This document shows positions 1 to 19,248 of a DNA stretch of 64,000 nt, piece after piece. Source of the stretch: the human T2T-CHM13v2.0 reference genome, Homo sapiens. Each line of letters starts with the position of its first letter. Within the stretch, counting starts at the first letter, position 1. A program made the translations under genes and the position numbers. Location: assembly GCF_009914755.1 (NCBI RefSeq), contig NC_060938.1, one strand, 5' to 3'. The notes under the pieces were generated by a model. It was not told the origin of the DNA. It was given only the letters and a program-made list of their open reading frames with translations, and did no database searches.

Positions 1-1070
<1,070 letters not shown>

Positions 1071-1169
1071 TACATTAATAGCACATAATATACTTGGTAT
1101 ATTGCAAGTGTTTCATAAGTATTTGTTGTATGAAGGAGTGATGAAGTATATTAAAAGTTAGCTACTCCA

Positions 1170-1588
<419 letters not shown>

Positions 1589-2029
1589 CTAAGAGAAGTA
1601 ATTAGAGATGAGGAATTGTGTCAGAGTAATTTTTATATACAACAATATAATTTTATATACAATGATAAATTCCATTGCATTCAATACTGTGGAATATTAT
1701 GCGGCCACTAAAACCTCTGTTTTGAAGAATATTTAATGATATGGAAAACATTTACAAATGTAATATTATGTTTAAAAAAATGGAATAAAATATGCAGTGT
1801 GATCCCTGCAGCAGACATTTTGGTACTCTGCCTTCCTCATTTCTGCCATACCATGGTGGATAGTCCTGACTCCTGCCAACGGCATCCCACCCAGAAAGTA
1901 CTTTGTGCAGTTCTCTGCTTCCCTGCCTCAGGGCTTTCTCTGAAATCAGGAAAACCTGCTCAGGCTGTGCAAGCCTAATACAGCCTGAAACTTTGGGGTA
2001 AATAATGCCAACTGGAGCTGATGGATCAA

Positions 2030-2195
2030 TGTCCCAGCTTCTTGTTGGGGGGCATTTCTGGGATGGGCTATAGATGTCCCTAGAACTCTGAAGCTGTATG
2101 CAAAATTTGGTGCATGTCCTAATTTCCTGGGAGAAGCCCATAGCTTTTATCAGATATTCAAATAAGTCTATTTGCCAATAAAGGAGAACCACTGG
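2030..2195. mobile_element. Non-autonomous hAT-Charlie element (Charlie4z-like)
   Basis: ctgaagctgtatgcaaaatt...catagcttttatcagatattc...gaaccactg resembles the recalled Charlie4z consensus. Confidence 0.5.
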
Positions 2196-2363
2196 CATAA
2201 GGGAAACAGTAGAAGGAAGAGGATCGAATGGCAACAGTGGTTATTCTGGTGAAATTACAAGGGCATTTTTTCCCTTATATTCTTCTGCATTTTCCATATT
2301 TAAAATAAGAAACATGTATGAAGAAATTGAAAATACCCCAGATATACAGCAAAAGGAAACTGA

Positions 2364-2712
<349 letters not shown>

Positions 2713-2747
2713 CACCAAAAATCTTTTAAAAGAATAAAATGATACTG

Positions 2748-3050
2748 AGTCTGGGTGTGGTGGCTCACACTTGTAATCCCAGCACTTTGGGAGGCCAAGG
2801 CAGGGAGAATCGCTTGAGACCAGGAGCTTGAGACCAGGAGTTTGAGACCAAGCTTGGGCAACATCTCTACAAAAAAACAAAAAATTAACCAGGCATGGTG
2901 GTGTGTGCCTGAGGGCTCAGTAACTTGGGAGGCTGAGGTGGGAGGATAGCATGACTCCAGGAGGTTGAGGCTGCACTGACCTATAATCACACCATTGCAC
3001 TTCAGCCTGGGTGACAGAGTGAATCCCTGTCTCTAAAAAAACAAATAAAA
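2748..3050 (+). mobile_element. AluJ-like
   Basis: Diverged dimer with gaggttgaggctgcac right arm and a small internal duplication (gagaccaggag x2). Confidence 0.9.
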
Positions 3051-4275
3051 CGGCATCAAAAACATTTATGACACAATTGGGGGAAATCAGGATATAAGAT
3101 TGTTTACAAAGTCTAAGATGTCAACAATGTAAACAAGGTGGGGGGAAAAGCTCCTGGAACTACTAAGCATTTATAGGACGGTTGCAAGATATAAAGGTAA
3201 TATATAAAAGTTAATTGCTTTCCTATATAACAGCAATGAACAATTTGAATTTGAAATTAAAACACGACACCATTTACATTAGCACTAACAAAATAAAAGA
3301 CTTAGGCATATATCAAAATATACACAGGATCTTTATGAGAAAAACTACAAAATTCTGATGAAAGAAATCAAAGATCTAAATAAATGGAGAGATACTCCAT
3401 ATTCATAGATAGGAAAACTCAATATTGTCAAGATGTTATTTCTTCCCAACTTGATCTATAGATTCAACAAATTCCAGTCAAAACTCAGCAAGTTATTTTG
3501 TGGATATTGACAAACTGATTCTAAAGTTTATCTAGAAGTGCCAAAAACCCAGAATAACCAACATGATAATGAAAACACTCAAGAAGAACAAAGTCCCCCC
3601 GGAAGACTGACACTATCTGACTATCAATACTTAATATAAAGCAACAGTAATCAAGACAACATGATATTGATGAAAGAAAAGACAAATAGATTAATAAAAC
3701 AGAATAAAGATCCCAGAAATAGACCCACAAACATATAATCAACTGAACTTTGACAAAGGAACAATGGTAATTCAATGGAGAAAGAATCGTATTTTTGATA
3801 AATAGTGCTGTAACAATTGGACAGCCACATGGAAAAACATGAATCTAGACACAGGCCTTACACTTTTCACAAAAATTAACTCGAAGTGGATTATAGACTT
3901 AATGTAAAAGTTTCACATTATGAAACTTTCAGATAATAATACGAGAGGAAATGTAGGTGACTTGGGTTTGGCAATGAGTTTTCAGATACAATATCAGCAG
4001 CACAATCCATGAAAGAAAAAAATTGATGAATTGGACTTTAGTAAATTAAAAACTTGTGCTCTGTGAAAAAAACATTAAGAGAATGAAAAGACGAGCTATA
4101 GATTGGGATAAAATATTTGCAAAACACATATATGATAACTGATATCCAAAATACACGAAGGATTCCTAAAATTCAACAATGAGAAAACAATTTAAAAATT
4201 GGCAAAGGATCTAAACAGACACCTCACCAAAGAAGATAAGCAGATGGAAATTAAGTATATGAAAAGATGCTCATT

Positions 4276-4592
<317 letters not shown>

Positions 4593-4652
4593 TCAGGAAT
4601 TGCAAATTAAAACAACACTGAGATGCCACTACATATCTATTAGAATGGCGAA

Positions 4653-4946
4653 TTTTTTTTTTTTGAGATGAGTCTTGCTCTGTTGCCCAGGCTGTAGTGC
4701 AGTGGCGGGATCTCAGCTCACTGCAACCTCCGCCTCCCAGGTTCAAGCGATTCTCCTGCCTCAGCCTCCTGAGTAGCTGGGATTACAGGTGTGAGCCACT
4801 GCACCCAGCTAACTTTTTGTATTTTTGGTAGAGACAGAGTTTCACTATGTTGGCTAGGCTCGTCTTGAACTCCTGACCTCAGGTAATCTGCCTGCCTAGG
4901 CCTCCCAAAGTGCTAGGATTAAAGGCGTAAGCCAACTCACCAGTCC
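4653..4946 (-). mobile_element. AluS inside L1
   Basis: Antisense full Alu. Confidence 0.95.
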
Positions 4947-5168
4947 AAAAAAAAAAAAAGTTTTTTTAATAACAGTACCAAATACTACTAGCAAGGGTGC
5001 AGAGCAGCAGTAACTGGTGGGAATGCGAAATGGTACAGCCACCTGGAAGACAGCTGAGCAGTTCTTACAAAGCTAAACACTATTAGTGTAAAATCCAGCT
5101 TATAGCCACACAAAAACCTCACAAACAAATGTTTATAAAGCAGCTTTCTTCATAATTGCAAAAAAACA

Positions 5169-5572
<404 letters not shown>

Positions 5573-5710
5573 CTAAAATAAAATGAGCTATCAAGCCACA
5601 AAAAGACATGGAAAAATCTTAAGTGCATATTGCAGGTGAAAGAAGCCCATCTGAAAAGGTTACTTACTGTATGAATCCAACTATATGACTTTCTGGAAAA
5701 GTAAAAACTA

Positions 5711-6208
<498 letters not shown>

Positions 6209-6324
6209 TTAATATAAAATATGGACTTTAATAATAATGTGTCAGTATTAGTTCATGAATTGTAACAAATGTGCCACACCAAAGCAAGATACTGATAATA
6301 GGGAAAGTTGATGTGGGGTGGTGA

Positions 6325-7178
<854 letters not shown>

Positions 7179-7389
7179 AAAGTTCTAGGCCCTCAGCCCT
7201 GGTCTATCAAGTCCAAGTCTCGCAGGACACTGCTGTGGGCATGAGTCTTTCGAGAGTGTGGCCCAGTCAGGCCTGGAGTATGCTACTGCTTGGGAAGCAC
7301 TGTGGGCAGCGGCTGCAGGTGACAAGATCACAGTCAAGTGTATTTGGGGCTCATCCGCCTGTGCTGCTCTCTTGGTCAGTGGGCAGCTT

Positions 7390-8030
7390 ACTGGTGTGCT
7401 GAGTCAAATGCATTTTCAGAAGGTGACCTTGTGCCTTAGGCTTATGTCATCTGTGCCTTTGCTGACGTCATCCTCGACTCCAGCAGCCAGACCAGGGGAT
7501 AACAAATGCAAATGTCTAACAGTAATTAACTCTTAGCAGCAACCTCAGCCTGGGGCTCCCCTTTCCAGGGCTTGTGGCAGCTCCACCGGGCCCTGCTGCA
7601 GCCCCTTGTCATTGAGAGGCCTCTCCCACATCCAGAGATACGAGGGGAATGTAGGGAAATGTGCATTTAGACGAAGGAAATGCATTGTCCCAAATGGCAA
7701 GTGGAGTGGCATAAACTTTGGTGAAGCTGCTGACACCCCTTTATCACAAGAAGATCGTTTGGATTAGGGGTGTGCTTTCCACAGAAATCAGGCTCTGGCC
7801 TTACTGCAGGGGGGTGACCTGTAAACCTCAGAGTTAACACAGTGGTTTAGGTTTCACCGAGTGCACTACGGTGATTAAGTCTCCACTGAGGACTGGAATG
7901 AGGAAGAAAAGGAGAAGCAGAAGAAGAACAGGAAAGACCTGTTCCCTGGGCAGAAGAGGGATGATCTGGGGAGAGCCCCAGCGAACAGCCCCAGAGTGCC
8001 GGGCCTAGCTGGGGTTTTCCAGGGATAGAG
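7390..8030. promoter_or_regulatory. Candidate enhancer module (AP-1/MARE, CRE, kB-like sites)
   Basis: TGCTGAGTCA 7397-7406; TGACGTCA 7463-7470; GGGRNNYYCC matches at 7552-7561, 7970-7979 (minus strand) and 8011-8020 in unique sequence. Confidence 0.4.
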
Positions 8031-8514
8031 GCCGTGAGCAGCAGTGCGGATGTTGGCCGCGTCTAGCCGTCTGCTTAATAACTACCTCAGAGACCTGTTT
8101 GCCCCGCTCGGTAAAACTGGGGCCACGCTGCTTGGGCAGCCTCCAGGCGCCTGGCTGCCACTTTTTCTAGGAACTTATACAAGTCCTCATCAAGAGGGAG
8201 GGCAAAAAATTGTCGGTGAAGATGGCTGTGCTGGCATTTTGTAAGTGACAGTGGTCAAGCTCTAAGTTGTGGATGGACACGGCAGGGGGCAAAATCACCT
8301 CCTCTAAAAAACGGCCTAGCGATCCTAATGGATTGGCCGTAGAGACCCATCATTGCAGGGAGACCTGGGAAGGCCACCTGCTTCCCTGTGCCTCTGTGTC
8401 CTCAGCCACCTGAGAAAGTGTACTTCAAGAGGGAACCCAGGGAAGAAGGCTGTACAGGGTCCATGTTATTGCACCATCTCCTGTCAATTTAGGAGACATT
8501 TTCTTAATACTTCT

Positions 8515-8610
8515 TATTGATCAACGAATATTTTTGAGCCCCTCCTGTAAGTCAGACCCTGCTCCGGGGCACAGGGTGATGACCAAGACGGACTAAGTCT
8601 CCCCAGGGGC
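8515..8610 (-). mobile_element. L2 3'-end fragment
   Basis: tcaacgaatatttttgagcccctcctgtaagtcagaccctg...accaagacggact resembles the L2 tail in antisense. Confidence 0.5.
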
Positions 8611-9369
8611 TAAGAATTTAGGCCCTTGCAGAGTATCTCCTCCAAGTTATTGAGCTGCCACTGAGATATCTGTGGCCACTTTGCATCCTGTCTGCATCCA
8701 GCAGGGTGGCAGTCCAGGCCTTTACAGAAGCAGACTGGGCATGAAGACATTTCTTGTGAAAAACCAGCTTCCAGGCCTCCTTCCTGGGAGGGACTCTGTG
8801 AGTGCCACGCCCAGGGCCCTGCAGCAGGTCGTGAGCAGATGCCTCTAATGATTCAAAGCTACCAACAATACTGTAAGAGGCCCCTTTCCTGCCAAAGACT
8901 ACGTGGAGATCCCTTCTGGGTTTTTCTTTTTCTTTTTCTTTCTCTGTGAAGTGTACTTAAAAAAACAAAAGGTCATTGTAAAACAGGGTATTATGCTGTT
9001 TCTTCTAAAGCAGGAGGGGCTGCAGGTGCTCACAGCTGATTTCTCATTTCTGAAAAACCCTAGTTCCAGGCCTACCTTGAAGGGAGGGGCTCCTGGGAGG
9101 GAGATAAATAGTCGTATGAGGCCCTGTCCAGACACTGACACACCAGACAATCCAGCAACACTGCGGGTCGGAGGACCCTGCTGAACAGGTCGTAGCCAAC
9201 AGCTCCAGGTGGCTGCATCCTAGCACCAAAGCCAGGAGACAAGAGCCCTGACTACAGGGGTGCGGAAAGGGGCACTCGCAGCCCCAGGCTTCCAGCCGCC
9301 AGAATCAAGTGCTGGGACTTCCAGCTTCCCCACAGTCAGAGCCTGACTGAATTCTCAGTCCACAGCTGA

Positions 9370-9480
9370 GTTATTTACAGCCTCAGTTTTTCTCTTCTGA
9401 AAAAAAGGGGTATAAACCACAGGATCCATCTCAAAGAAGTGCTATGAGGAAAAAATGACACAATGCATTTAAAGTGCAGA
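9370..9480 (+). mobile_element. MIR fragment
   Basis: gcctcagtttttctcttctgaaaaaaaggg...tgctatgaggaaaaaatgacacaatgcatttaaagtgc (MIR core). Confidence 0.65.
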
Positions 9481-10290
9481 GAAGACACCAGCTACGCTGT
9501 GGCAGCAGAGTATGGCAGCGCCCTTCCAGAACGGCTCTCTAGTGCTGTTAAGTTTCCCCAGCATCCTGACCAGTCACTACCAAAATGTGATTTCCTGCGA
9601 ACATTGTCACCCAAGCAGTGTGGTCAGGCAGGCAGAAGCCAGCCTGAAGTTTACAAATGTCTCTCTTCAGCCAGGGCAGAGCAGGTGAGGCCCTGCGTCA
9701 CCCGCGCAAGGCTTGTGGTTCAGCCAGGGAGACAACGTCCTACTTCTTTCAGGGTGACCATGTTCTTCCTGGGCGCTCATTTCCTCGTGACACCCATAGG
9801 CGGCAGCTTTTCCCTATGGGGGTCCCTGGCCTTTAGGGCAAGTCCTGCCCTGTCTAGAGCCTTCTCCTCCTGGAGGAGCACACACGATGGCACCAAGCTG
9901 CTCTGACCCTGCCAGGAGCCAAAACAGCCTCTGGGAGCTCCAAGGGGCGCCCCGGGCTCAGGGTCATCTCCCACACCTTCCCTTCCCATCCCGAGGCCTG
10001 CAGAGCCCTCAAGGGCTCAGTGGCCCTGGCTCAGCTGGACCCCAGCACAGACAGGGAGGCCTCTGACCTGCACCCAGAGCCTGCCTCCCAGGGCTTCCTC
10101 ACCCCAGTGTCCTAGGAGGGGGTGGCACAGATGGAGAGAGGCCAGAGGCTGCCACTCAGGAGTATGTGAGTCAAGGCTTGCTTGGGAGGTAGGGGCAGAG
10201 GTGGAGATGCCCAGGGGGCCAGGAGAAAGGGGAGGAGAGATTGGGAAATGAAGCCCTTCTGGGGCTGCCAGCTCCCCTCTACAGCTTTAG

Positions 10291-10660
<370 letters not shown>

Positions 10661-10941
10661 AGAGTTTTGCTCTTGCCCAGACTGGCCAGGCTGGAGTGCA
10701 GTGGCGCCATCTCGGCTCACTACAACCTCTGCCTCCCGGGTTCAAGCAATTCTCCTGCCTTGGCCTCCTGAGTAGCTGGGACTACAGGCACGCGCCAGCA
10801 CACCCAGCTAAGTTTTGTATTTTTTTTAGTAGAGATGGGGTTTCACCATGTTGGCCAGGATGGTCTCAATCTCTTGACCTCGTGATCTGCCCGCCTCAGC
10901 CTCCCAAAGTGCTAGGATTACAAGCGTGAGCCACCCGGCCC
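10661..10941 (-). mobile_element. AluSc-like, hit near its tail by the adjacent AluY
   Basis: ggatggtctcaatctcttgacctcgtgatc. Confidence 0.9.
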
Positions 10942-11645
10942 ACTATTCCAGTTATTTTAAGATGTACATAAATTATTATGTTATCATACACTAGATTTTA
11001 TTGAATCTACCATTTCACATTCTTATTGAGAGTGTAACCTCTTGAAGCCTACTGGTGCAGGAGGGATTTTGCAACCTTCCTTTGGCTTTTGTCACCTATG
11101 GAAAACTACAAACCAGCTTGCCTATCCGGTGATTGGAACCAGGAGGATTGCCGGCCTTGGGTCTGGAAATCCTATCCCATGTGTCTTCCTTCCTCCCTCC
11201 CTCCCTTCCTTGGTTCCTTCCTTCCCCTGACTAGGCCCCAGAGGGGTGGGGAGGCCTTCCTGGGCCTGGCATCAGGGCTCCTGGGCTCCCAGCCAAGTGT
11301 CCAGAGGTCACTCCTCCTGGCATCTGGATCCTTCTTATCTTCCTGAGACATAGGAGGCTCCTGCTCTGGAGATGACTGAAGGGAAAACACCTGTATTTCC
11401 AGGGCCTTGGAAATAGCCTGCTCCAGCCGGCCTTCCCGGGAGAAACTGAGAAAGGACATTGGTCCGAAGCATTTCTCTTTCGGTTTGTGCTGCGCTGAGC
11501 CTGTCCTGTGATGCGGCCCTCACCAACCAAGGACTGAACGAGAGGGACTCCATGCGAACCTGCTCAGCATACAGCAGGTGCCTCGTGGATATTCTTCCCT
11601 AAGGCTCCAGGCCAGCCAAGCACTGCATTAACCAGGTTCGGATGA

Positions 11646-11982
<337 letters not shown>

Positions 11983-12392
11983 CATAGTTCTTAAATTTAA
12001 AATCTTGATATGCTGGTGGATATGCAGCTTGATTTCTTTAAGCCGACATGGCCTGACTTTTTCAGATTCTCAGCCTGTGTTGGAGGGCTGTTGAGTGTTC
12101 TTTCTATGCAGAAAGTACGCCTGCCGTCCTCTGTTTTGTAATCGCCACCCCATCCCTGCCCAACACACACACCCACACAGCCGCAGTTACGCCGGGTCCA
12201 GCAACGCACGAACCAAGTGGAAGGTCAAGGGCTGGGGCTCCGTTTCCCTCCCCTTGAAGCTGTTTGGTTTGCTCTTGTCCCAGCCCCTGACTGAGCCGCC
12301 AGCCCAGAACGGGGGCAGCCCTCCCCCATGCAGTCAGGGCCAGAGGAGCATAATATTGCCCCCCCGGGTGCAGCCTTAGGTGCAGGAGCGTT

Positions 12393-12403
12393 GGGAATTT
12401 TCC
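12393..12403 (+). promoter_or_regulatory. NF-kB-type motif GGGAATTTTCC
   Basis: Close match to the RELA-type motif in unique GC-rich DNA; occupancy unknown. Confidence 0.4.
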
Positions 12404-13589
12404 ATCTTGCTCTGCAGCCTGGCTTCTTAGGTCATCGTCCTGCTGCTGACATAGGCCTGGGTTGGGCGAGTTTCCTGCAGGTCAGCGAGGGCGCGGAGGC
12501 AGCGCCTGAGCCTGCTCAGGGCCTGGCTTCCTGCCTGCTGTGAGGAAGGGTGGAGGAGGGGTTTGAGGCCTCAACCATCCCTTGGCCCAGAGCCTCAGGC
12601 CAAGCAGCCTCCGCCTCTGCCCAGGCCTGTCTCCTCCCGGCCTCCTGCTCTCCTGTTTCCTAAAGCTTTCCCGCTGGGTGGCTCCCAGTTCTTCCAGAAA
12701 TCCCCTCCAGGAAATTTGCTTGTTGCCACAAAATAATGCAAATCTGTTCCTGGGGCCGCCCAGGCAACCTGCAGTCTCTGTCTCCCCAAGACCTGAGGAG
12801 GGAGGGCGAGGCAGGCCCTGTGCCCGTCAGGGTCCCTTTTCCAGCCATGAGGACAAAGGATAAGCCGCACCCTCGTCACCCTCTCATAAGCTGCAAGAGA
12901 AAGTTCCTGGTTTTACCTCTAAGGGAACCAGCTCCACCTAGGGAAAGGCCACACAGGACCCTCAAAGGCACCAAGGTCTTTTTTCTATTTAATATCTAAA
13001 ACAGTCTGAATATATTAAAGTTTATGCTCATGTTTGGCATTTGTTTATCTGTTTCTCGAACTTCAACTCCCTGCCGTGTCTGGAGCAGAAAGTGAAGGCC
13101 CATGGATAACACTTCTGCGTGCCACAGTCCTAGGTGGTGACCAATGCAGGGATGCACAGGTGCCGTGTGGCCTTCTGCAGACCAGGCCCCACAGAGACCC
13201 ACAGTCAAGGTGGCCTGAGACCCTTGAACAAGGAGCTTGTGGCCAGAGAAAGGCTAAATGCAGCACCCCCACCCCTGTGGCTAGTGCCAGGGCCCCACCT
13301 GAATGCTCTGCAGTTGGGTCCCCCCAGGCCATCTCCAGAGGAGAACGCAAGTGGGCTAGGGAGGGAACAGACCAGCCTGATGCAAAACCCTCTCAGCCCA
13401 GCACAGCCCTCGTGTCCCTGGGCTGAGGGTCTGGGGAGAACATCACTTGCTCTTGCCTCCCTTCCTTTCTTGCTGCTGCTGCCTCCTGAGGTCAGGCCGT
13501 GACTACTCAGGAGAGGAATGGAATTCCAGGGCTCCTGCTCCTAATGAAGGAGAGGTGGGAGGGGCACACACCAAGCTGCTACCAGGTAC

Positions 13590-13775
13590 CAGGCCCTCGG
13601 AGGTGCTTGAACACTACCTCCTTGACTCTCAATAGCAATCCTATGAGGTGGATGTTTTCTTGCCCAACAGATGGGATTCTGAGACTCAGAGATATTGGTG
13701 ACTTGCCCGAGGTCACACCAATGGTAGGTGGTGATTCAAAACCAGGTCTGTGTGCAGTTCAATGACCATGGAGTC
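13590..13775 (-). mobile_element. MIR
   Basis: caatcctatgaggtgg...ctgagactcagagatattggtgacttgcccgaggtcacac...gattcaaaaccaggtctg. Confidence 0.8.
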
Positions 13776-13979
13776 TTGCCCTGTTGCACAGGGCTTCTTG
13801 TGTCATACACAGCCTTCGCTTTGTGAAATCCAGCACAGTTGACCCACATTCTCACCCAAATCCAAACTCCAAGTTTCAGAGCTTCTTTGCACCCATAAAA
13901 GGGGGGCTCAGAAGTCCCCTTGAGGCCTCAGAAAGGACATAGACCAAACAAAGGTTATGGCCTAATAAGAAGCAAATCA

Positions 13980-14379
<400 letters not shown>

Positions 14380-16157
14380 TTATTCACTGTGGTTGGCTAT
14401 GTGGGTCTTACAGGGAGGGTTTAGGGCTCTGGGGCTGGGCCTGTGGACCTGTCTCCCACCAGGCAGCGCAGCCCCTTCTAACCTTGTCCCATAGAAACTT
14501 TCATGGGATGCAAGGCCACAGGCCAGAGCTAGGATTGGGCTGGGCGGGGGAGAGGATTATCAAGGGTAAACCCCTGCCTCCCACAAAGGATACCGAGCTA
14601 CAGCGCAGGTGCAGTTCGGCAAGTCCCGACACAGGCCTCATTGTACCCAGCCCCTCAGCGAGGGCCTTGGGACAGCCCCACAGATAGGGCACCTCCACCC
14701 CATCCCCGGGCTGCAGTTCAGGACCTAGGAGACAGAAGGCTGCGGGTGACTAAGACCCTTAATTGAGCCCTGCAAGCTTGCACGATGAGCCTGTCTACCC
14801 GCTAACAAGCACCTTGTGCCTCTGCTCGGTCGGCCTCTGACCCTGGAGAGGGTGGCTTGTTGAGGGCAATGTCCTTGACCTGCCTGAGCTCCTCCTTGGG
14901 CCCTGCATTTCATGCTGCCCTTCCTCAGCAACCAGGTGCGCACCCCTTCCTTGGCATCTGCAGCCTAATATTAATAGCTGTGGGATGGGCAAAGAACGTG
15001 TGCCTTACTGCCTCCAGGTTCTTAGCAGCTATAAGCTCTCTCTGTTGCCTGGTTGGTTTTAAGGGTTTCTTCTGGAATATTCATCTTTGTCCACTGACTG
15101 CATCGCCATAAGCTATAACTGCTTAGAGGCCAAGGACTTAGGCACAGGTGAAATGCATTTCAGCCTTGGAGACCCAGACCGACCCAAAGCGATCCTCATG
15201 TCTGCTCTGTTTAGGGTATTTTCCTGGTGGAAAGAATATGATTGCTGATTTGGGGAAGAGGGCCCTCAAGCCTCTAGCACTGCCTTTGCTTCAGCTGTGG
15301 GAGCACAGGGAGAGCAGGTGGGATACAGGGGAAGACCCCTTTTGAGGTTTTGTGGTGGGGAAGGAGGAGGCCGATACTCACCAGAGGAACAGATATGGGG
15401 TCTCTGGAGCTGCCATGCCCCACAGTGGGCCACCAGCTCCCAGCCTTCCCAGTGGTTCTGCACCAGCTTCCAGGGCTCTCAGCCCACCAGGCACCTGCAT
15501 CACAGCATCGCCTGGGTCATAGCCTGAGTTTGAGAACCATCGCCCTGCATGGCCTGACCAGCCGAGGCTAGTGGCAGCTCTGTGCAACGTGTCTACTTCC
15601 TCTTCCCTAAACAGCTCCTTCCCCACCACATTTCTGTGTTTATGGCTAGAAATTCCGCAGCAGCTGCATTTCTCAGTATCCGGTGGATCTCTGCAGAAGA
15701 ACAAACCTCTAGGTCTGAGGAGCAGCAGCCTCCTTCCAGGGGTCCCTCTCAGAGCCTGCCCCCCCCGCCAAAACCTCAGCAGGACCTTGCTCTGTGGGAC
15801 TCTGGCCAGGTTGACAGCATAGGAAAACCCTAAGGAAGCCCCAGAAGCAGCTGCAGAGGCGGTGGGGAGGAGGTGCCACAGAAGGCTGGCATTTGCCCCT
15901 TGTGCTGTCCGGCTGCCTCCCACCACCACCCGGGTACAGGCCCTGGGTCTACTCCTCGGCACAGACTCAGGCCTCTCCCCTCGGGTGCCCACTGTACCTC
16001 ATCGCAGTCACCCACTTCCTTCTGGTTCCCAGATCAGCCCCTCCTCAGCACCTCTGTGCCAGGTGGGCCTCCCCAGCCTGCATATTTGGATTTATCTTCA
16101 AAACCAGCCTCAGTTCCTTCATATTTCCAGGAATCCTTCCTGCCACCCTGACAGAGA

Positions 16158-16452
16158 ATTTTTTTTTTTTTTTGAAATGGAGTCTGGTTCTGTTGCCCAG
16201 GCTGGAGTGCAGTGGGCGATCTCAGCTCATTGCAAGCTCCACCTCCCGGGTTCAAGCTATTCTCCTACCTCAGCCTCCTGAGTAGCTGGGATTACAGGCA
16301 CCCACCATCACGCCTGGCTAATTTTTGCATTTTTAGTAAAGACGGGATTTCACCATGTTGGCCAGGATGGTCTCAAACTCCTGACCTCAAGTGATTCACC
16401 TGCCTCGGCCTCCCCAGGTGCTGGGAATACAGGCGTGAGCCACCGCGGCGGC
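16158..16452 (-). mobile_element. AluS
   Basis: Antisense full Alu. Confidence 0.95.
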
Positions 16453-17059
16453 CATGAAAAGGGCTTGGAGATTCCTTTCTGGAAATCTAAAATCCGTGTG
16501 AATTATGTTAGGGCAGGTATGAAATTCAATAATTGGTCCTGCTCCAACGTACTCATTTGACAGGTCATTTGCCCTCACAGTCTATATTTTTTCAGGTCAA
16601 ATGCAGGTGCCACACTGACTTATGGCCTTGACTTCCGTAGACTCATTCCACTCAGGATGAAACGTGATTGGTTCCTGAGGTGACCCTGCCTCAGTGATAG
16701 AAGTGAGTCCTCAGGCAGGGAAGGGTGTGGAGGCAAACAGCCTGGGGAGGGAAGGACGCCTGGGTTTTCCCAGCCAGTGGCTCAGGGCACCCTGCAGACC
16801 TGCCAGTCCCCTCTGGGATGAGCCTTCATCCCTGTGACCCCTTCTCTGAGAAAGGGCACCCCAGGCCCAAAGCCTCCCCAGTGCACAGGGCTGGTTTCTG
16901 ATGAGCTGCCCCCTGAGGCTGGCCTGGCAAAACCAGGTACTGACCTGCACAGGGCCTTGGCATGATTTGGAAAAAGGCAACTCATTGTCCAGATGGACAC
17001 AGCCCGACCCCCACGCCTCAGCCCACACCTGCATGCTGTACACAGCAGCCCTGACCCCA

Positions 17060-17069
17060 GGAAAGTCCC
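17060..17069 (-). promoter_or_regulatory. Canonical kB site GGGACTTTCC
   Basis: GGAAAGTCCC on the + strand is the exact Ig-kappa/HIV kB decamer on the minus strand. Confidence 0.5.
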
Positions 17070-18452
17070 TAAGATTTGTAGGAAAAAGGAAAGACACACA
17101 GTACATGCTCCACCAGGCCCCTTCTCCAGGGCCTCCCCAGCGCATCCCGTCTCTGCCTGGCTCCATCAGAACCCAGCTGGGTGAACCTTGGGCCCCTCAT
17201 TCCCCTTGGTGAGACCCTGAATCCTGGAGGGGGCTGGACTTGTCCTTCATCCTGGGATTCTAGGTCAAGTTCTTAGCTCCTGGCTCCTCTTCAAGGCCCG
17301 GCTGGGTCTCCTCCTCCCACTCCGCCCCTCTGTCCCCTCCCACAGAGTTCACCACACAGGAGGCAAGGCCAGCGGGCTGGGAGGTACCAGTGGTGGCTGG
17401 CAGCTTAGAGTAATCAGCCCCGCCTGCTCCCACAGAGGCAAGGCTGCCTGCCAAGGCCCTGCCTTCTACTGCTGTTGGCAGCTCCTAGGGCAACAACAGA
17501 ACCTCCCAGCCTCCCTTCACTGGGGGAGAAGCATGAGCTGAAAACAAAAGAAGGGATTAGAGCCCAGATGGAGCGGCCTGAGCTCGGGGCGGGGTCCCCA
17601 GGGGCACCCCCCTCGTCCTCGGCCCTTCAGCTCCTTGCCCTCGGCCGTCTCTGGGCGTCACCAGCCAGCAGCTGCCTTGCTGGCCAGCGGTTTCTGTTGC
17701 AGGAGCCTCTTGTGCTCGGGGGCTGGCCACAGGGCCTCCGCTGTCCCTCATAATGTGTTTCAAGTGATTTTGCTTTTGAGGAACCTGCCCGCCCAGGACT
17801 TCAAGGGCCTCTGCTGACCCATGCACGTCCCAAGGCCTCCGCCGCAGCCCCATTCGCCACACGGCCCCTGGCTCCTGCCCACTTATGGCTGGTCCTGGGC
17901 TCCCGTGGCCAAGGAGAGTTGGGCAGACGTTGGCAGATGTGTCTCCTTTGTCCCTGGAGTGATTCCAGGCTCGGCTGAAACTCTGAAAGGCGAGCCCAGC
18001 CAGAGGTGTCTCGGAGGCCCAAGTGTGCAGCCTGTCATTCCCCAGCAGTGACTCCACAGGCCTCCAGTGCACATCATCTCCTCATACGTCCCCCAAGGAC
18101 CCTGGGCTACTGAGGGAACACTAGCTCATAGCTTGTGACTTCAGCACTGTATGGAAGAGAACAGGAGCAGACCCGTCTCACTGTTGGGGCAGCTGTGGAC
18201 AGTCACGCGTCTATCTTGGTTCCAGCCAGGCTCTCAGCTTGCACAGCCAGGGTGCCAGAAACTGCCCGGGCCAGATTTTCAAACCCCTGAGGTAGGAGGA
18301 GCCACCATCATCCTGTTTCTCCTCTGGCCCTCACAACCTCCCCCTACTTCCAGCCTGAGAGTTCTGGTCCACTGGGGAATGTGACCTTTGAAAGTCTTGG
18401 CCCTGTGAGCATCTTAACCTCAGCAGCACGTTGTTTTGTTTTGTTCACATCA

Positions 18453-19248
<796 letters not shown>

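Noticed and set aside
15378-15992. 204-aa minus-strand ORF and other GC-rich ORFs (e.g. 58717-59337, 43208-43786)
   Set aside because: No domain similarity, no consistent exon structure, and multiple overlapping frames on both strands.
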